From an uncultured Chloroflexia bacterium (GTDB lineage: Bacteria; Chloroflexota; Chloroflexia; Thermomicrobiales; CFX8): 64,000 nucleotides of DNA. Where the stretch lies: NCBI GenBank assembly GCA_963763325.1, contig CAVXOL010000020.1, positions 53,731 through 117,730 of the forward strand. Direction: 5' to 3'. The position numbers and the translations under genes were made by a program. Below the pieces are notes generated by a model. That model was given only the letters and a program-made list of their open reading frames with translations. It was not told the DNA's origin and did no database searches. Positions 23,594 to 32,681 of this stretch are shown here, in pieces; the stretch's first letter is position 1; each line of letters begins with the position of its first letter.

Positions 23594-24039
23594 CTGGCTC
23601 GCAAGCCAATTGCATGCTCAGCCCCTTTGCTGAATGGCCCGTGCGACGCCGTCGTCGTCCCAATCGGTGTGGCAAGCAACGCTTTCGACGCGTCATCAAG
23701 ACGTAGCTTGACAATGGCCGGATGTTCGCCCAGCCCCTTCGGCCCGGGGGCGTAATCTACAGCACTGATGTCTTCGACGGCCGTCACCGGCAACGCATCG
23801 TTGCGCACGAGCGCGAGCCCGCTGTGGACGATGAGGACATCATGTACCCAGCGAGCGTAGGCTGGAGCTCTCGGCCAGGAGTCCTTGAGCCCAGGGTATG
23901 CGCCCGACACACGTCGCACCTTGCATTTGTAGACTCCTGGAGCGCCTTGAAATTGTCTGCGACTCCAGATCGACGCGCCAAGCGCGCCGATCACAAGCCA
24001 GAGCGGAACACCGAGCGCGGCAAGGATGATCCAGATCAT
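23590..24039 (-). CDS. Hypothetical single-TM protein (DUF2550-like)
   Basis: N-terminal hydrophobic anchor; ARWVHDVL; overlaps the start of the next gene. Confidence 0.7.
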   Translation of the reverse strand: MIWIILAALGVPLWLVIGALGASIWSRRQFQGAPGVYKCKVRRVSGAYPGLKDSWPRAPAYARWVHDVLIVHSGLALVRNDALPVTAVEDISAVDYAPGPKGLGEHPAIVKLRLDDASKALLATPIGTTTASHGPFSKGAEHAIGLRAS

Positions 24040-24141
24040 GCGCTACCCCGTTCATCCCGCCACGGCGATACATGGCGAGCAGTCGATGCCTGGCGGGATC
24101 GGTGAGGAGGTGCCCTGTCCGGGCTCCCCCTCACCGTCGAT

Positions 24142-26505
24142 CTATTGCCGCGCCATCAGCATGTTCAGCGTCGCTTCGTCGTCCGCGATCATGTCGCCAG
24201 ACACATCGATCGTCACGCTATGGATCGTGCCGGTAAACGCGAACGGCGACGGATAGCCACCGTTGATGACCGGGCTCCCCTCGTCAATGCCGACATTGAG
24301 CCCTTCGAGCTCGAAGAAGAGGGGCGTCGTATGTGGGAAATCTGCGTTCGCAACGAGCTTCCCATCGACGTACAGTTGCGCTCGGCCAGGCGTTCCCTTG
24401 CCGATCTTGAAGTCGGGCGGGCCGGTCGGCTCGAACTCGTAGCGCAACGTGCGGTGTCCGGTGGATATCGTCTCGGACGAACTGACTTCCAGCAGGTCAC
24501 GGCCGGCGTAATTGTGGGCGTAGTGCAGCCGGCTGTCCCGCATGTACAGGATGTACCCACCCGCGATGCCACCCTGCGCGACCAGCACGCCCTCTGCGCC
24601 ATCGGCGGGTATTTCGACCTCGGCGGTGATGCTGTGCGGCCGGTTGTACACATGCGGTGCGGCGAACACCGGAACCACCTGGCCATGAGGATAGTAGACG
24701 AAGCTCTGGCGTGGTTTCGCGATCTGGGGCCGTTCAGTCACCAGGCGAGGCTGCATCGACCCGTCGATCGGCAAGACCTTGTACTTGCCGGCCTCGACGT
24801 ACCAGAGCGTGATCAACTCGATCAGCTTGTCGCGATGCTGACCGGCGAGGTTGACCGACTCGGTCGGGTCTTCAGCAATGCGATACAGCTCCCACCCGCT
24901 CGTGTCGAGTTCCAGCAGGATCTCGGGCGTGATCTCCTGTCCGAGGCCGTGCCCCTTTTGGGCCGCCTCAGTGAACGACGGACCTGGCCACGGGCAGACG
25001 GCGCGCCAGCCGTCGTGATCGATCGCCCGATGGCCGAACATCTCGAAGTACTGGGTGACGTGTTCGCTTGGCGCCTGCCAGTCGTCGAACGTGTGCGCGA
25101 AACTGACTCCCTCCAGCGGTGACTGCGCGACGCCGCGAACGGCGGCCGGGGGCGTGATACCAGCGGCGGCCAGGACGGTCGGAACCATGTCGATGGCGTG
25201 GGTGTACTGGTGGCGGACCTCTCCGCGCGACGAGATTCCGTTCGGCCAGGCGACGATGAACGGATCGGTCGAGCCGCCGCGATAGGTCTCGCGCTTCCAG
25301 CGTCGGAACGGGGTGTTGCCGGCCCAGGTCCAGCCAAAGGGGTAGTGGTTGTAAGTTGTTGTGCCGCCCAATTCGTCGATCTTCTCGAGATTGTCCTCGA
25401 AGCGTTCGGGGATTTGATTGAAGAACAGCATCTCGTTCACCGAACCGGCAGGACCGCCCTCGGCCGAGGCGCCGTTGTCGGAGATGACCATGATCAGCGT
25501 GTTATCCAGTTCACCAATCCGCTCCAGTGTGTCGAGAACGCGGCCGAAGTGATGGTCGGCGTGCGAGACGAAGCCCGCGAAGACTTCCATCATCCGTGCG
25601 TATAGGCGGCGTTCGTCGGCTGAGAGGGATTCCCAATCCGGCACGTCTGGATCATCGCGCGAAAGGACGGCATCGGGATCGAACAGTCCGATCTCCTTCT
25701 GATTGGTGAAGACCTGCTCGCGGTAGGCTCCCCAGCCTGCGTCGAACTTCCCGGCGTAACGGTCGGCCCACTCCTTCGGGACGTGGTGCGGAGCATGCGC
25801 CGCGCCAGGGGCGTAGTACATGAAGAACGGCTTCTCCGGCGCGTTGACGTGTGCGTCCAGAATCATCGAGATCGCCTTGTTGGCCAGATCGTCCGAGAGA
25901 TGGTAGCCCTCTTCGGGGGACTTGGGCGGAGGGACCGACATGTTGTCCTGCGTCAGGTCGGGATACCACTGATTGGTCTCGCCACCTAGGAAGCCATAGA
26001 AGCGCTCGAAGCCGCGTCCCAGTGGCCAGCGATGGAACGGGCCGGCAGCAGTGTTCTCTTCTGCGGGCGATAGATGCCACTTCCCGATGCAGAAGGTGTT
26101 GTAGCCATGACCCAATAGCATCTCTGGGAGCATGCCGTTCTCGAACGGCATCCGGCCGTCGTAGCCGGGATAGCCGGTCGCCAATTCCATGACGCAGGCA
26201 ACTCCACTGGAGTGATGGTTGCGGCCGGTCAGAATGCAGGACCGGGTCGGCGAGCAGAGAGCAGTCGTGTGCATGTTCGCGTAGCGCAGCCCCGAGTTGG
26301 CAACCCGGTCGATGTTCGGAGTCTCGACCAGCCCGCCGAACGACGAGAGTTGGCCATATCCGACATCATCGAGGACGAAAAACAGGATGTTCGGGGCGCC
26401 GTCCTTTGCGCGTTGCGGGGCGGGCCAGGCTGGAGTGGACCCATCGACCGTCCGTCCGATCTTGCCGGGGAATCTCGACCCTGGCTGGTATTCGTTGAGT
26501 GGCAT
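24142..26505 (-). CDS. Arylsulfatase (large AtsA type with C-terminal LamG-like domain)
   Basis: PNILFFVLDDVG, LCSPTRSCILTGR (CxPxR), GKWHL, SDNGAS. Confidence 0.96.
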   Translation of the reverse strand: MPLNEYQPGSRFPGKIGRTVDGSTPAWPAPQRAKDGAPNILFFVLDDVGYGQLSSFGGLVETPNIDRVANSGLRYANMHTTALCSPTRSCILTGRNHHSSGVACVMELATGYPGYDGRMPFENGMLPEMLLGHGYNTFCIGKWHLSPAEENTAAGPFHRWPLGRGFERFYGFLGGETNQWYPDLTQDNMSVPPPKSPEEGYHLSDDLANKAISMILDAHVNAPEKPFFMYYAPGAAHAPHHVPKEWADRYAGKFDAGWGAYREQVFTNQKEIGLFDPDAVLSRDDPDVPDWESLSADERRLYARMMEVFAGFVSHADHHFGRVLDTLERIGELDNTLIMVISDNGASAEGGPAGSVNEMLFFNQIPERFEDNLEKIDELGGTTTYNHYPFGWTWAGNTPFRRWKRETYRGGSTDPFIVAWPNGISSRGEVRHQYTHAIDMVPTVLAAAGITPPAAVRGVAQSPLEGVSFAHTFDDWQAPSEHVTQYFEMFGHRAIDHDGWRAVCPWPGPSFTEAAQKGHGLGQEITPEILLELDTSGWELYRIAEDPTESVNLAGQHRDKLIELITLWYVEAGKYKVLPIDGSMQPRLVTERPQIAKPRQSFVYYPHGQVVPVFAAPHVYNRPHSITAEVEIPADGAEGVLVAQGGIAGGYILYMRDSRLHYAHNYAGRDLLEVSSSETISTGHRTLRYEFEPTGPPDFKIGKGTPGRAQLYVDGKLVANADFPHTTPLFFELEGLNVGIDEGSPVINGGYPSPFAFTGTIHSVTIDVSGDMIADDEATLNMLMARQ

Positions 26506-26857
26506 GCATTCCTCCTGATGCGTGCGACGGTGCAATCGGCTAGCGAACGCAACAGGGACTCTTCGAGTTCAGCGGTGCGCGCAGCCTGGACGTCTGCATC
26601 TGAACTGACGACCGGAACGCCGCACGTCATCCAGCGCCCATGGCAATGAGTCCTCGCGGCCACGGCGTCCTTGCAACACAGCACCCGATCGCGTTCAGCG
26701 CAACCGTTCACCATTCGATTGAGAGGATTGTCGCGGCGAATCGCCTGTCTGCCGCCAGACGCCGGGACGTAGATCGGGGTCGTAGTTCCCACTACCGACT
26801 GAACACGGTGCTTATGTTCCGCTCTGGAAGGTGGTGATGTCTGCCGAAATCACGAGG

Positions 26858-27691
26858 TCACCTTCCCAGCATCACACGCATCCGCACCGCCAGCACTGGA
26901 GGGATGCTCGGGAAGCGAGCCCACCCCAGCGCGCGGATGGGATCTGGGCTGGCGACAAAGGCTGGTTCCTCGATGCCGTCCATGACCAGGCCCGCGTTGA
27001 AGGCCATTGGCAGCAGGACCGACAACGGCCTGTGGAAGTACCAATGCGGGGCAGGCTCACCCGGCATCCCAGCCCCTTTGCCCGGCGGGATATCGAGGTA
27101 GTCAACAACCTTGATCGCGGCTGTCTCGACCAGCATGCCGCCGCGATCTTCCTCTTCGAGCGACATCCGGATGGCGTTCGAGTTGTAGCAAGGGTGCGGG
27201 ATTGAGAAGACGAACCGCCCGCCGGGAGCCAGCAGCCGCGTTACGGCCCGGAACAGCGGCTCGATGTCGGTCATATCCATCAGTGCCATGTTGCAGACGA
27301 CGGCTTCGTAGCGGCCCTCACCGAGCGCCAGCAACGCTGCCTCGTCGGTCGCGTCGACTTGCTGATACGTCACCTTATCGGCCAGGCCAGCCTCGCGAGT
27401 CCGCGCAGCCGCCAGTTCGACGAAACGCTGGCTGAAGTCGGTCGCGACAACGGTTGCGCCGATCTGGGCCATCCGCCGCGCCATCTGGCCATTGCCGCAG
27501 GCGATCTCCAGCACCCACTCGCCCTCGCGCAGCGCCAGCAGCCGCTCGGTCGCTGGGCCGACCAGCATCCGCTGGAACTGGTTTCCCTCACCCATCCGAT
27601 CGTCCCAGAAGTCAGCCTTCGCGTCCCAGATCGCGCGCGTCTCCTCGGTCAGGTCGCGCGTCGAACTTCCGGGCGTTGTCTCGTCCTGCAT
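26858..27691 (-). CDS. Class I SAM-dependent methyltransferase
   Basis: VLEIACGNG, LLAPGGRFVFSIPHP, YFHRPLS. Confidence 0.92.
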   Translation of the reverse strand: MQDETTPGSSTRDLTEETRAIWDAKADFWDDRMGEGNQFQRMLVGPATERLLALREGEWVLEIACGNGQMARRMAQIGATVVATDFSQRFVELAAARTREAGLADKVTYQQVDATDEAALLALGEGRYEAVVCNMALMDMTDIEPLFRAVTRLLAPGGRFVFSIPHPCYNSNAIRMSLEEEDRGGMLVETAAIKVVDYLDIPPGKGAGMPGEPAPHWYFHRPLSVLLPMAFNAGLVMDGIEEPAFVASPDPIRALGWARFPSIPPVLAVRMRVMLGR

Positions 27692-27744
27692 GAGCGTCCT
27701 CCCCGTCACCAACGGTAGCGGCTGACGATCATACAAGGAGTAGC

Positions 27745-27773
27745 CGGAATCGGGAACCGGGATTCGGGACTGC
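27745..27773. repeat. Heptamer tandem repeat (GGAATCG-like x4)
   Basis: GGAATCG GGAACCG GGATTCG GGACTGC. Confidence 0.6.
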
Positions 27774-27784
27774 GAGCGGCGACT

Positions 27785-28429
27785 CTACTGCTCTTTGCTG
27801 GTTCCCGATGCTCGCCGCTTCGCGTACTGCCGGCGCATCTTCACCTGACTTCCACAGCCTTCCATGCTGCACCAGCGGCGGCTGCCGTTCTTGCTGCCGT
27901 CGTAGAAGAGCCAGCCGCAGCCGTCGGGGTTGGCGCAGACCTTGATCCGCGAGGGATCGCCGTCCGTCAACAGCTCGACTGCCGAACTCGCGATCGGCCA
28001 GAGCAGGCTGTCGAGCCTGTCATCGCTCGACGGCCAGTCCCAGCGAAACCGCCCATCACCGCGACCGAGTCGCGCATTGGTAATCGCGTCTCCGTACGCA
28101 CGCTGAATGATTGAGAGATCGCTGGCACGAGGTTCGTCACCGTCCGCGATTGCCCGAAACACACGATGGAGCGCTTCGCGCAGCGCCAACGCCGTGCCGA
28201 GCACTTCCGCCGCGCGCTCTGGCTCTTGTTCGGCAAGTGCCAGCAGCTGTCGCGCGTCGTCATCGCCGAACAGCTTTCGATGCCTGGCCCAGTCGATGAG
28301 ATCCGGTAACGTCCCGATGATATCCTCCGGCTGGTCACCGGCACGATTCTCGACCGAGTTGACGAAGTCCAGGCAGAGCCGCCCGGCAAGAAAGCGCAAT
28401 GCCTCGACACATACATGTCCAATCGCCAT
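27785..28429 (-). CDS. ABATE/CGNR zinc-finger protein
   Basis: LCLDFVNS; CANPDGCGWLFYDGSKNGSRRWCSMEGCGSQVKMRR. Confidence 0.93.
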   Translation of the reverse strand: MAIGHVCVEALRFLAGRLCLDFVNSVENRAGDQPEDIIGTLPDLIDWARHRKLFGDDDARQLLALAEQEPERAAEVLGTALALREALHRVFRAIADGDEPRASDLSIIQRAYGDAITNARLGRGDGRFRWDWPSSDDRLDSLLWPIASSAVELLTDGDPSRIKVCANPDGCGWLFYDGSKNGSRRWCSMEGCGSQVKMRRQYAKRRASGTSKEQ

Positions 28430-28484
28430 CGGATGAAGCCTCTCTCGCACGCTGGCTGTGACCGGTCTCGCTCATCCGTCCATC

Positions 28485-28560
28485 TTACCACTGAAACTGA
28501 TCTTTACAGGTGGCACGCCCTCTGCGATGATATTACCATCAAACGACGTTTCACTGGGTG
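28485..28560. promoter_or_regulatory. Two 28-bp boxes TTACCA..AAAC..TTT..GGTG in the divergent CGNR/MFS promoter
   Basis: 28485-28512 and 28533-28560 have the same length and the same end motifs. Confidence 0.45.
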
Positions 28561-28581
28561 CATTCACGCGATGGGAGCCGC

Positions 28582-29865
28582 ATGACAATGGAGAGCACTG
28601 ACAACTTCGGAACGGCAACGACGGCCACGCGTCGCTTCCTGACTGGCGGGTTGTGGGAGAATCGCGACTTCCTGAGGCTCTGGGGGGCGGAGTCAGCCTC
28701 ACTGTTCGGCTCGTCGATCACGAAACTGGCCTTCCCATTGATGGCGGTCACCCTGCTGGACGCGTCGGCGGCCCAGATGGGGCTGCTGGTCGCTGCCCAG
28801 ACGGCGCCATTCTTCCTCTTCAGCCTGCTGGCCGGTGTCCTGGTCGATCGCCGCCAGAAACGTCCGATCCTGATCGTGGCCGATATCGTCCGGGCCGTGC
28901 TGCTGTTGTCGATCCCGGTCGCGGCCTGGCTGGGCATCCTGCGGATCGAACAGATGTACGCCGTCGCGTTCATCGCTGGGATCTTTCTGGTGGCCTTCGA
29001 AGTCGCCCATTACGCGTATGTGCCGGCGCTCGTTGGCCGCGAACAGGTCGTTAACGCGAACAGCAAGCTCCAGATCAGCCACTCGGCCGCCGATTCTGGC
29101 GGGCCGGGAGTCGCCGGGCTCCTCGTCCAACTCATCTCAGCACCGTTTGCCCTTGTTATCGACGCATTCTCATACGTCGCCTCTGCCATCTTCCTGCGGC
29201 AGATTCGAACGCCTGAACCACCGATCCAGCGCGCGGACACCAGCAGCATCCGTCACGACATCGCCTCCGGTCTGCGCGCGCTGCTCGGGCATCCACTTTT
29301 GCGTCCGATCGTGCTCGCCGGTATCAGCGCCAGCATCTTCCTGACCGGGGTTGAGACGCTCTTCGTCCTCTACGCGACCCGCGACCTGCAGATCAGCCCG
29401 TTTGTGCTCGGCGTCATCTTCGCCGCCGGGGGGATCGGCGCGATTCCCGGCGCGCTGCTTTCCGAACCTGTCGCACGACGGTTCGGCGTCGGGCCGACCA
29501 TCATTGGTGGCTGGATCATCAGCGCCGCAACCTGGCTGCTCGTTCCGCTGGCAGTGGAGCCGATCGTCGTGCCGCTGCTGATGGTTGGCATGCTGCTGGG
29601 CGGGGTTGCCGGGACGATCTTCAACATCCAGCAATGGAGCCTGCGTCAGATCGTGACTCCCGACGATCTCCAGGGCAGGGTGACCGCCAGTCACCGTTTC
29701 CTGATCTACGGCGCCTATCCCCTCGGTGCGCTGCTGGGCGGCGCGCTCGGCACAGCACTCGGCCTGCGAGAAGCCATCGCCTTCTGCGCCGTTGGAGCCC
29801 TCATCTCCCCAATCCCGGTCCTCTTCACACCCCTCCGGTCGCTGCGCGAGCAGCCGGCCAGATAG
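28582..29865 (+). CDS. MFS transporter
   Basis: About 12 hydrophobic segments; GVLVDRRQKR motif A; TPDDLQGRV. Confidence 0.94.
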   Translation: MTMESTDNFGTATTATRRFLTGGLWENRDFLRLWGAESASLFGSSITKLAFPLMAVTLLDASAAQMGLLVAAQTAPFFLFSLLAGVLVDRRQKRPILIVADIVRAVLLLSIPVAAWLGILRIEQMYAVAFIAGIFLVAFEVAHYAYVPALVGREQVVNANSKLQISHSAADSGGPGVAGLLVQLISAPFALVIDAFSYVASAIFLRQIRTPEPPIQRADTSSIRHDIASGLRALLGHPLLRPIVLAGISASIFLTGVETLFVLYATRDLQISPFVLGVIFAAGGIGAIPGALLSEPVARRFGVGPTIIGGWIISAATWLLVPLAVEPIVVPLLMVGMLLGGVAGTIFNIQQWSLRQIVTPDDLQGRVTASHRFLIYGAYPLGALLGGALGTALGLREAIAFCAVGALISPIPVLFTPLRSLREQPAR

Positions 29866-30043
29866 CGCGGGCTGTCTGACGCGTCGCGTCCTCCAGAACC
29901 CGCTGGTCCCCCTCCGAGTACCGGACTCGCGTGGGAGTATTGCCCCGGTTTCCAGACGGAATTGGGGACCATCGACGCAGTGTTGCTGGACCGTCATCCA
30001 CCTACTATAGATAGAAGTTCATCCATTCAGGAGTACAAGACCA

Positions 30044-30448
30044 ATGCGTGACCATTCAGCAGGTGACATCACCGTCCTGGCCGTCGATGACAGCGCGAGC
30101 ATTCGCAAGCTGGTCGAGTTGACGCTGCGTCGCGAGGGTTACAACGTTGTCACTGCTGATTCCGGCCTGACGGCGCTGGCCTCGCTGGCACGCCAGCGGC
30201 CCGACCTGCTTCTGCTGGATGTCATGCTGGTCGCGCTGGATGGTTTTCAACTCTGTCAGGTCATCCGCAACCATCCGACCTTCAGCGACCTGCCGATCAT
30301 CATCCTCTCAGGTCGTGAGACGACCGCCGATCGCGAAGCCGGCCTGCGTGCCGGTGTGAGTGCCTACCTGACCAAGCCGTTCCGGCCCGAGCAGTTGCTG
30401 GAGGCCGTCCGTGAGCAACTGGCCGCGGTCCCGACGGTCGCCGCCTGA
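30044..30448 (+). CDS. Single-domain response regulator (PilG/CheY-like)
   Basis: AVDDS, LLLDVML, LSG, YLTKPF. Confidence 0.93.
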   Translation: MRDHSAGDITVLAVDDSASIRKLVELTLRREGYNVVTADSGLTALASLARQRPDLLLLDVMLVALDGFQLCQVIRNHPTFSDLPIIILSGRETTADREAGLRAGVSAYLTKPFRPEQLLEAVREQLAAVPTVAA

Positions 30449-31572
30449 TGTCTGCCGTCGTTGCCGTGCATGAGGCCGGCTCGTTGATTGCTCCTCCGGC
30501 ACACGTCGTTCTGCCGGAACCAGTCGCGAACCGCGCCGAGCCGGTTGCGGCCGAGACGCTGGCTGCCTGGCTGGGCCAGATCATCAACGAGGATCGCGAC
30601 GGCTACGTCCTGCTGTCGAGCGCAGGCCAGACGATGGTTGTCCTCTACGCCGACGGGCGTTTGATCGAGACGGCCCAGACGCGCGGAGGCGATGCTTCAG
30701 GTGCGCGAGCGTTGCACGTCATGCTGGATTCCGAGCAGGGCGAATGGTTTGCCGTCAGTCATCTGCTCAAGCCAGATCTGGCGCGCTGCCTGGCCGGACT
30801 CTTCGCACCACCCACCAGTCTGAGCCCATTGACGCTGGCCGGCGGGTCGCTCGACACGGTCCTCGCCCGCTTGCGACGCCAGCAGTTCAGTGGCGCATTG
30901 CGGCTGATGGTGACAGAGGGTCTGGCCGTTATCGTCCTGATCGCCGATGGCGTGCCGTTGTCGTCCTACAGCACTGACGAACGGATTCTGAAGCCAGACT
31001 TGTCCGACATTACCTTCCTGGCAGCCTTCGACGATCTCTCAGTCGCGCTCCATCCAGCGCCAACCCGTGATCTTGCCTCGGTGCTGGACGCCGCGCGGAT
31101 GGCGGAGCCTTCCAACCTGACGGGTGGAGATGGTCGTGACGCGCTGATCGTCGAGTCTCTGCTGATTGAGGCCTTCTCGACCCTCGAGTATGAGATCAGC
31201 GCTGCGGAAATCAGCGCGCCAACGCTCGAGCATCTCACGATGGCACTCGCCGGAGCCTACGGCTTGCTGGCGGACGCCCAGATCGTGATTGGCCGGCCCA
31301 GCTCCGAGCGAGCACCCAACGACCCACTCATCATTCCGTTCTGGAACGAAACCCAGCGCCAGCTCGACACGACTCGCCTGCTTACAACCTTCCGACGCGT
31401 CGGCGTCCCGAACGTCTGGTGGGTCGCCGCCAAAGCTCTTATCGAGGTCATCCAGCAGCGGCTCGTCCAGCAGCTTGGCTGGCTTTCAGAGGCTGACCCG
31501 GCCGCCGCCGACACGCTGGCTGAGGCGGCTGAAGACATCTTCCAGCGGGCGCAAGCCCTGACGGGGAGGTGA
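30448..31572 (+). CDS. Hypothetical protein with two DUF4388/PatA-N-like subdomains
   Basis: TGATG coupling to the upstream gene; RDGYVLL..VVLYADGRLI and FSGALRL..VLIADGVPL. Confidence 0.7.
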   Translation: MSAVVAVHEAGSLIAPPAHVVLPEPVANRAEPVAAETLAAWLGQIINEDRDGYVLLSSAGQTMVVLYADGRLIETAQTRGGDASGARALHVMLDSEQGEWFAVSHLLKPDLARCLAGLFAPPTSLSPLTLAGGSLDTVLARLRRQQFSGALRLMVTEGLAVIVLIADGVPLSSYSTDERILKPDLSDITFLAAFDDLSVALHPAPTRDLASVLDAARMAEPSNLTGGDGRDALIVESLLIEAFSTLEYEISAAEISAPTLEHLTMALAGAYGLLADAQIVIGRPSSERAPNDPLIIPFWNETQRQLDTTRLLTTFRRVGVPNVWWVAAKALIEVIQQRLVQQLGWLSEADPAAADTLAEAAEDIFQRAQALTGR

Positions 31573-31591
31573 GACGACGGTTGCAACTCTT

Positions 31592-31682
31592 CGGGACGCG
31601 GGATGCGGGACGCGGGACGCGGGGCGCGATGCATTCCGATCGATCCCAGGCACACGTCCCGCGTCCCACGCCCCACGTCCCG
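31592..31682. repeat. Inverted heptamer array (CGGGACG x5 / CGTCCCG x4)
   Basis: Seen directly; intergenic, just before the AAGGAG RBS. Confidence 0.85.
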
Positions 31683-31702
31683 TCGTTGAGAAGGAGTAAC
31701 TG

Positions 31703-32065
31703 ATGAACCGAAAGATTCTGGTTGTTGACGATAGCGCGACTGAAATGGCGGTCATGTCCAACTCATTGAAGGCAGAAGGTTTCGACGTTCTGACTGCCGC
31801 CAATGGCGACGAAGCCCTCACGCATCTCGAAACGACCACGCCAGACGCGATCGTCCTCGACGTCATCATGCCAGGCAGGAATGGATTCCAGCTCTGCCGG
31901 CAGATCCGCAATGATGAGCGCTGGTCGAAGGTGCCGATCGTCCTGGTCACGTCGAAGGATCAGGAGTCGGACCGCTTCTGGGGCATGAAGCAGGGCGCCA
32001 GCGACTACATCACCAAGCCGTTTGCTCCGGCCAGCCTCGTCGCCGCCGTTCGGCGCTTCGTCTAG
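31703..32065 (+). CDS. Single-domain response regulator (PilH/CheY-like)
   Basis: VVDDS, LDVIMPGRNGFQLCR, TSKDQESDRFWGMKQGA, TKPF. Confidence 0.95.
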   Translation: MNRKILVVDDSATEMAVMSNSLKAEGFDVLTAANGDEALTHLETTTPDAIVLDVIMPGRNGFQLCRQIRNDERWSKVPIVLVTSKDQESDRFWGMKQGASDYITKPFAPASLVAAVRRFV

Positions 32066-32085
32066 ACACACGGAAGAGGCTGAGG

Positions 32086-32625
32086 ATGGCGAACCTGGCA
32101 CAGATCGAGCTCGCACCGGAAGTTGGCGAACGCGAGCCAACCTGGATCGGCGAGCAGTACATCGTCCTGACGGTAGCTGGGACCGACATCGCCGTTCCGC
32201 TCGGGATGGTGCTTGAGGTCGAGCGTGTCCCGACGCTCGTGCCGGTCCCGGGCGGGCCCGGCTGGGTGCGCGGGATCGCCAACCTGCGCGGCACGATCCT
32301 GACCGTCGCCGATCTGGCCGCGATGCTGGGCCTCGGTACCTGGACCCAGCGTGCCGACGCCCGTGTCATCGTCGTCCGTTCGATCGAGCCATTGGCGCTC
32401 GGTGTCGACGGCGTCCGTGGCATGCGCCGCCTCTCGCCCGGATCGCGCTTCAATCTCGACGGCGCGCTGCCCGACCAACTCACCCGCTTCGTCACCGGCA
32501 TCCATCGCGATGGCGGCGACCTGATCCATACGATCGACCTGCCACGGCTGCTGGACGACGCCGACGAGAGCGCACGCCGCTCGGGCGCGGAACGGATAAC
32601 CGGCCTGCTCAGCGACCGTCTTTAG
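32086..32625 (+). CDS. cheW: CheW/PilI adaptor
   Basis: VPVPGGPGWVRGIANLRGTILTVADL. Confidence 0.93.
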   Translation: MANLAQIELAPEVGEREPTWIGEQYIVLTVAGTDIAVPLGMVLEVERVPTLVPVPGGPGWVRGIANLRGTILTVADLAAMLGLGTWTQRADARVIVVRSIEPLALGVDGVRGMRRLSPGSRFNLDGALPDQLTRFVTGIHRDGGDLIHTIDLPRLLDDADESARRSGAERITGLLSDRL

Positions 32626-32681
32626 CAGCTTCATCCAGCCGGACCGCCTGGTGGGCGGTGGCGAACAGAAGGGGGATCCTG

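Noticed and set aside
31592..31682. CRISPR array
   Set aside because: Units are 7-mers without unique spacers, and no cas genes are present.
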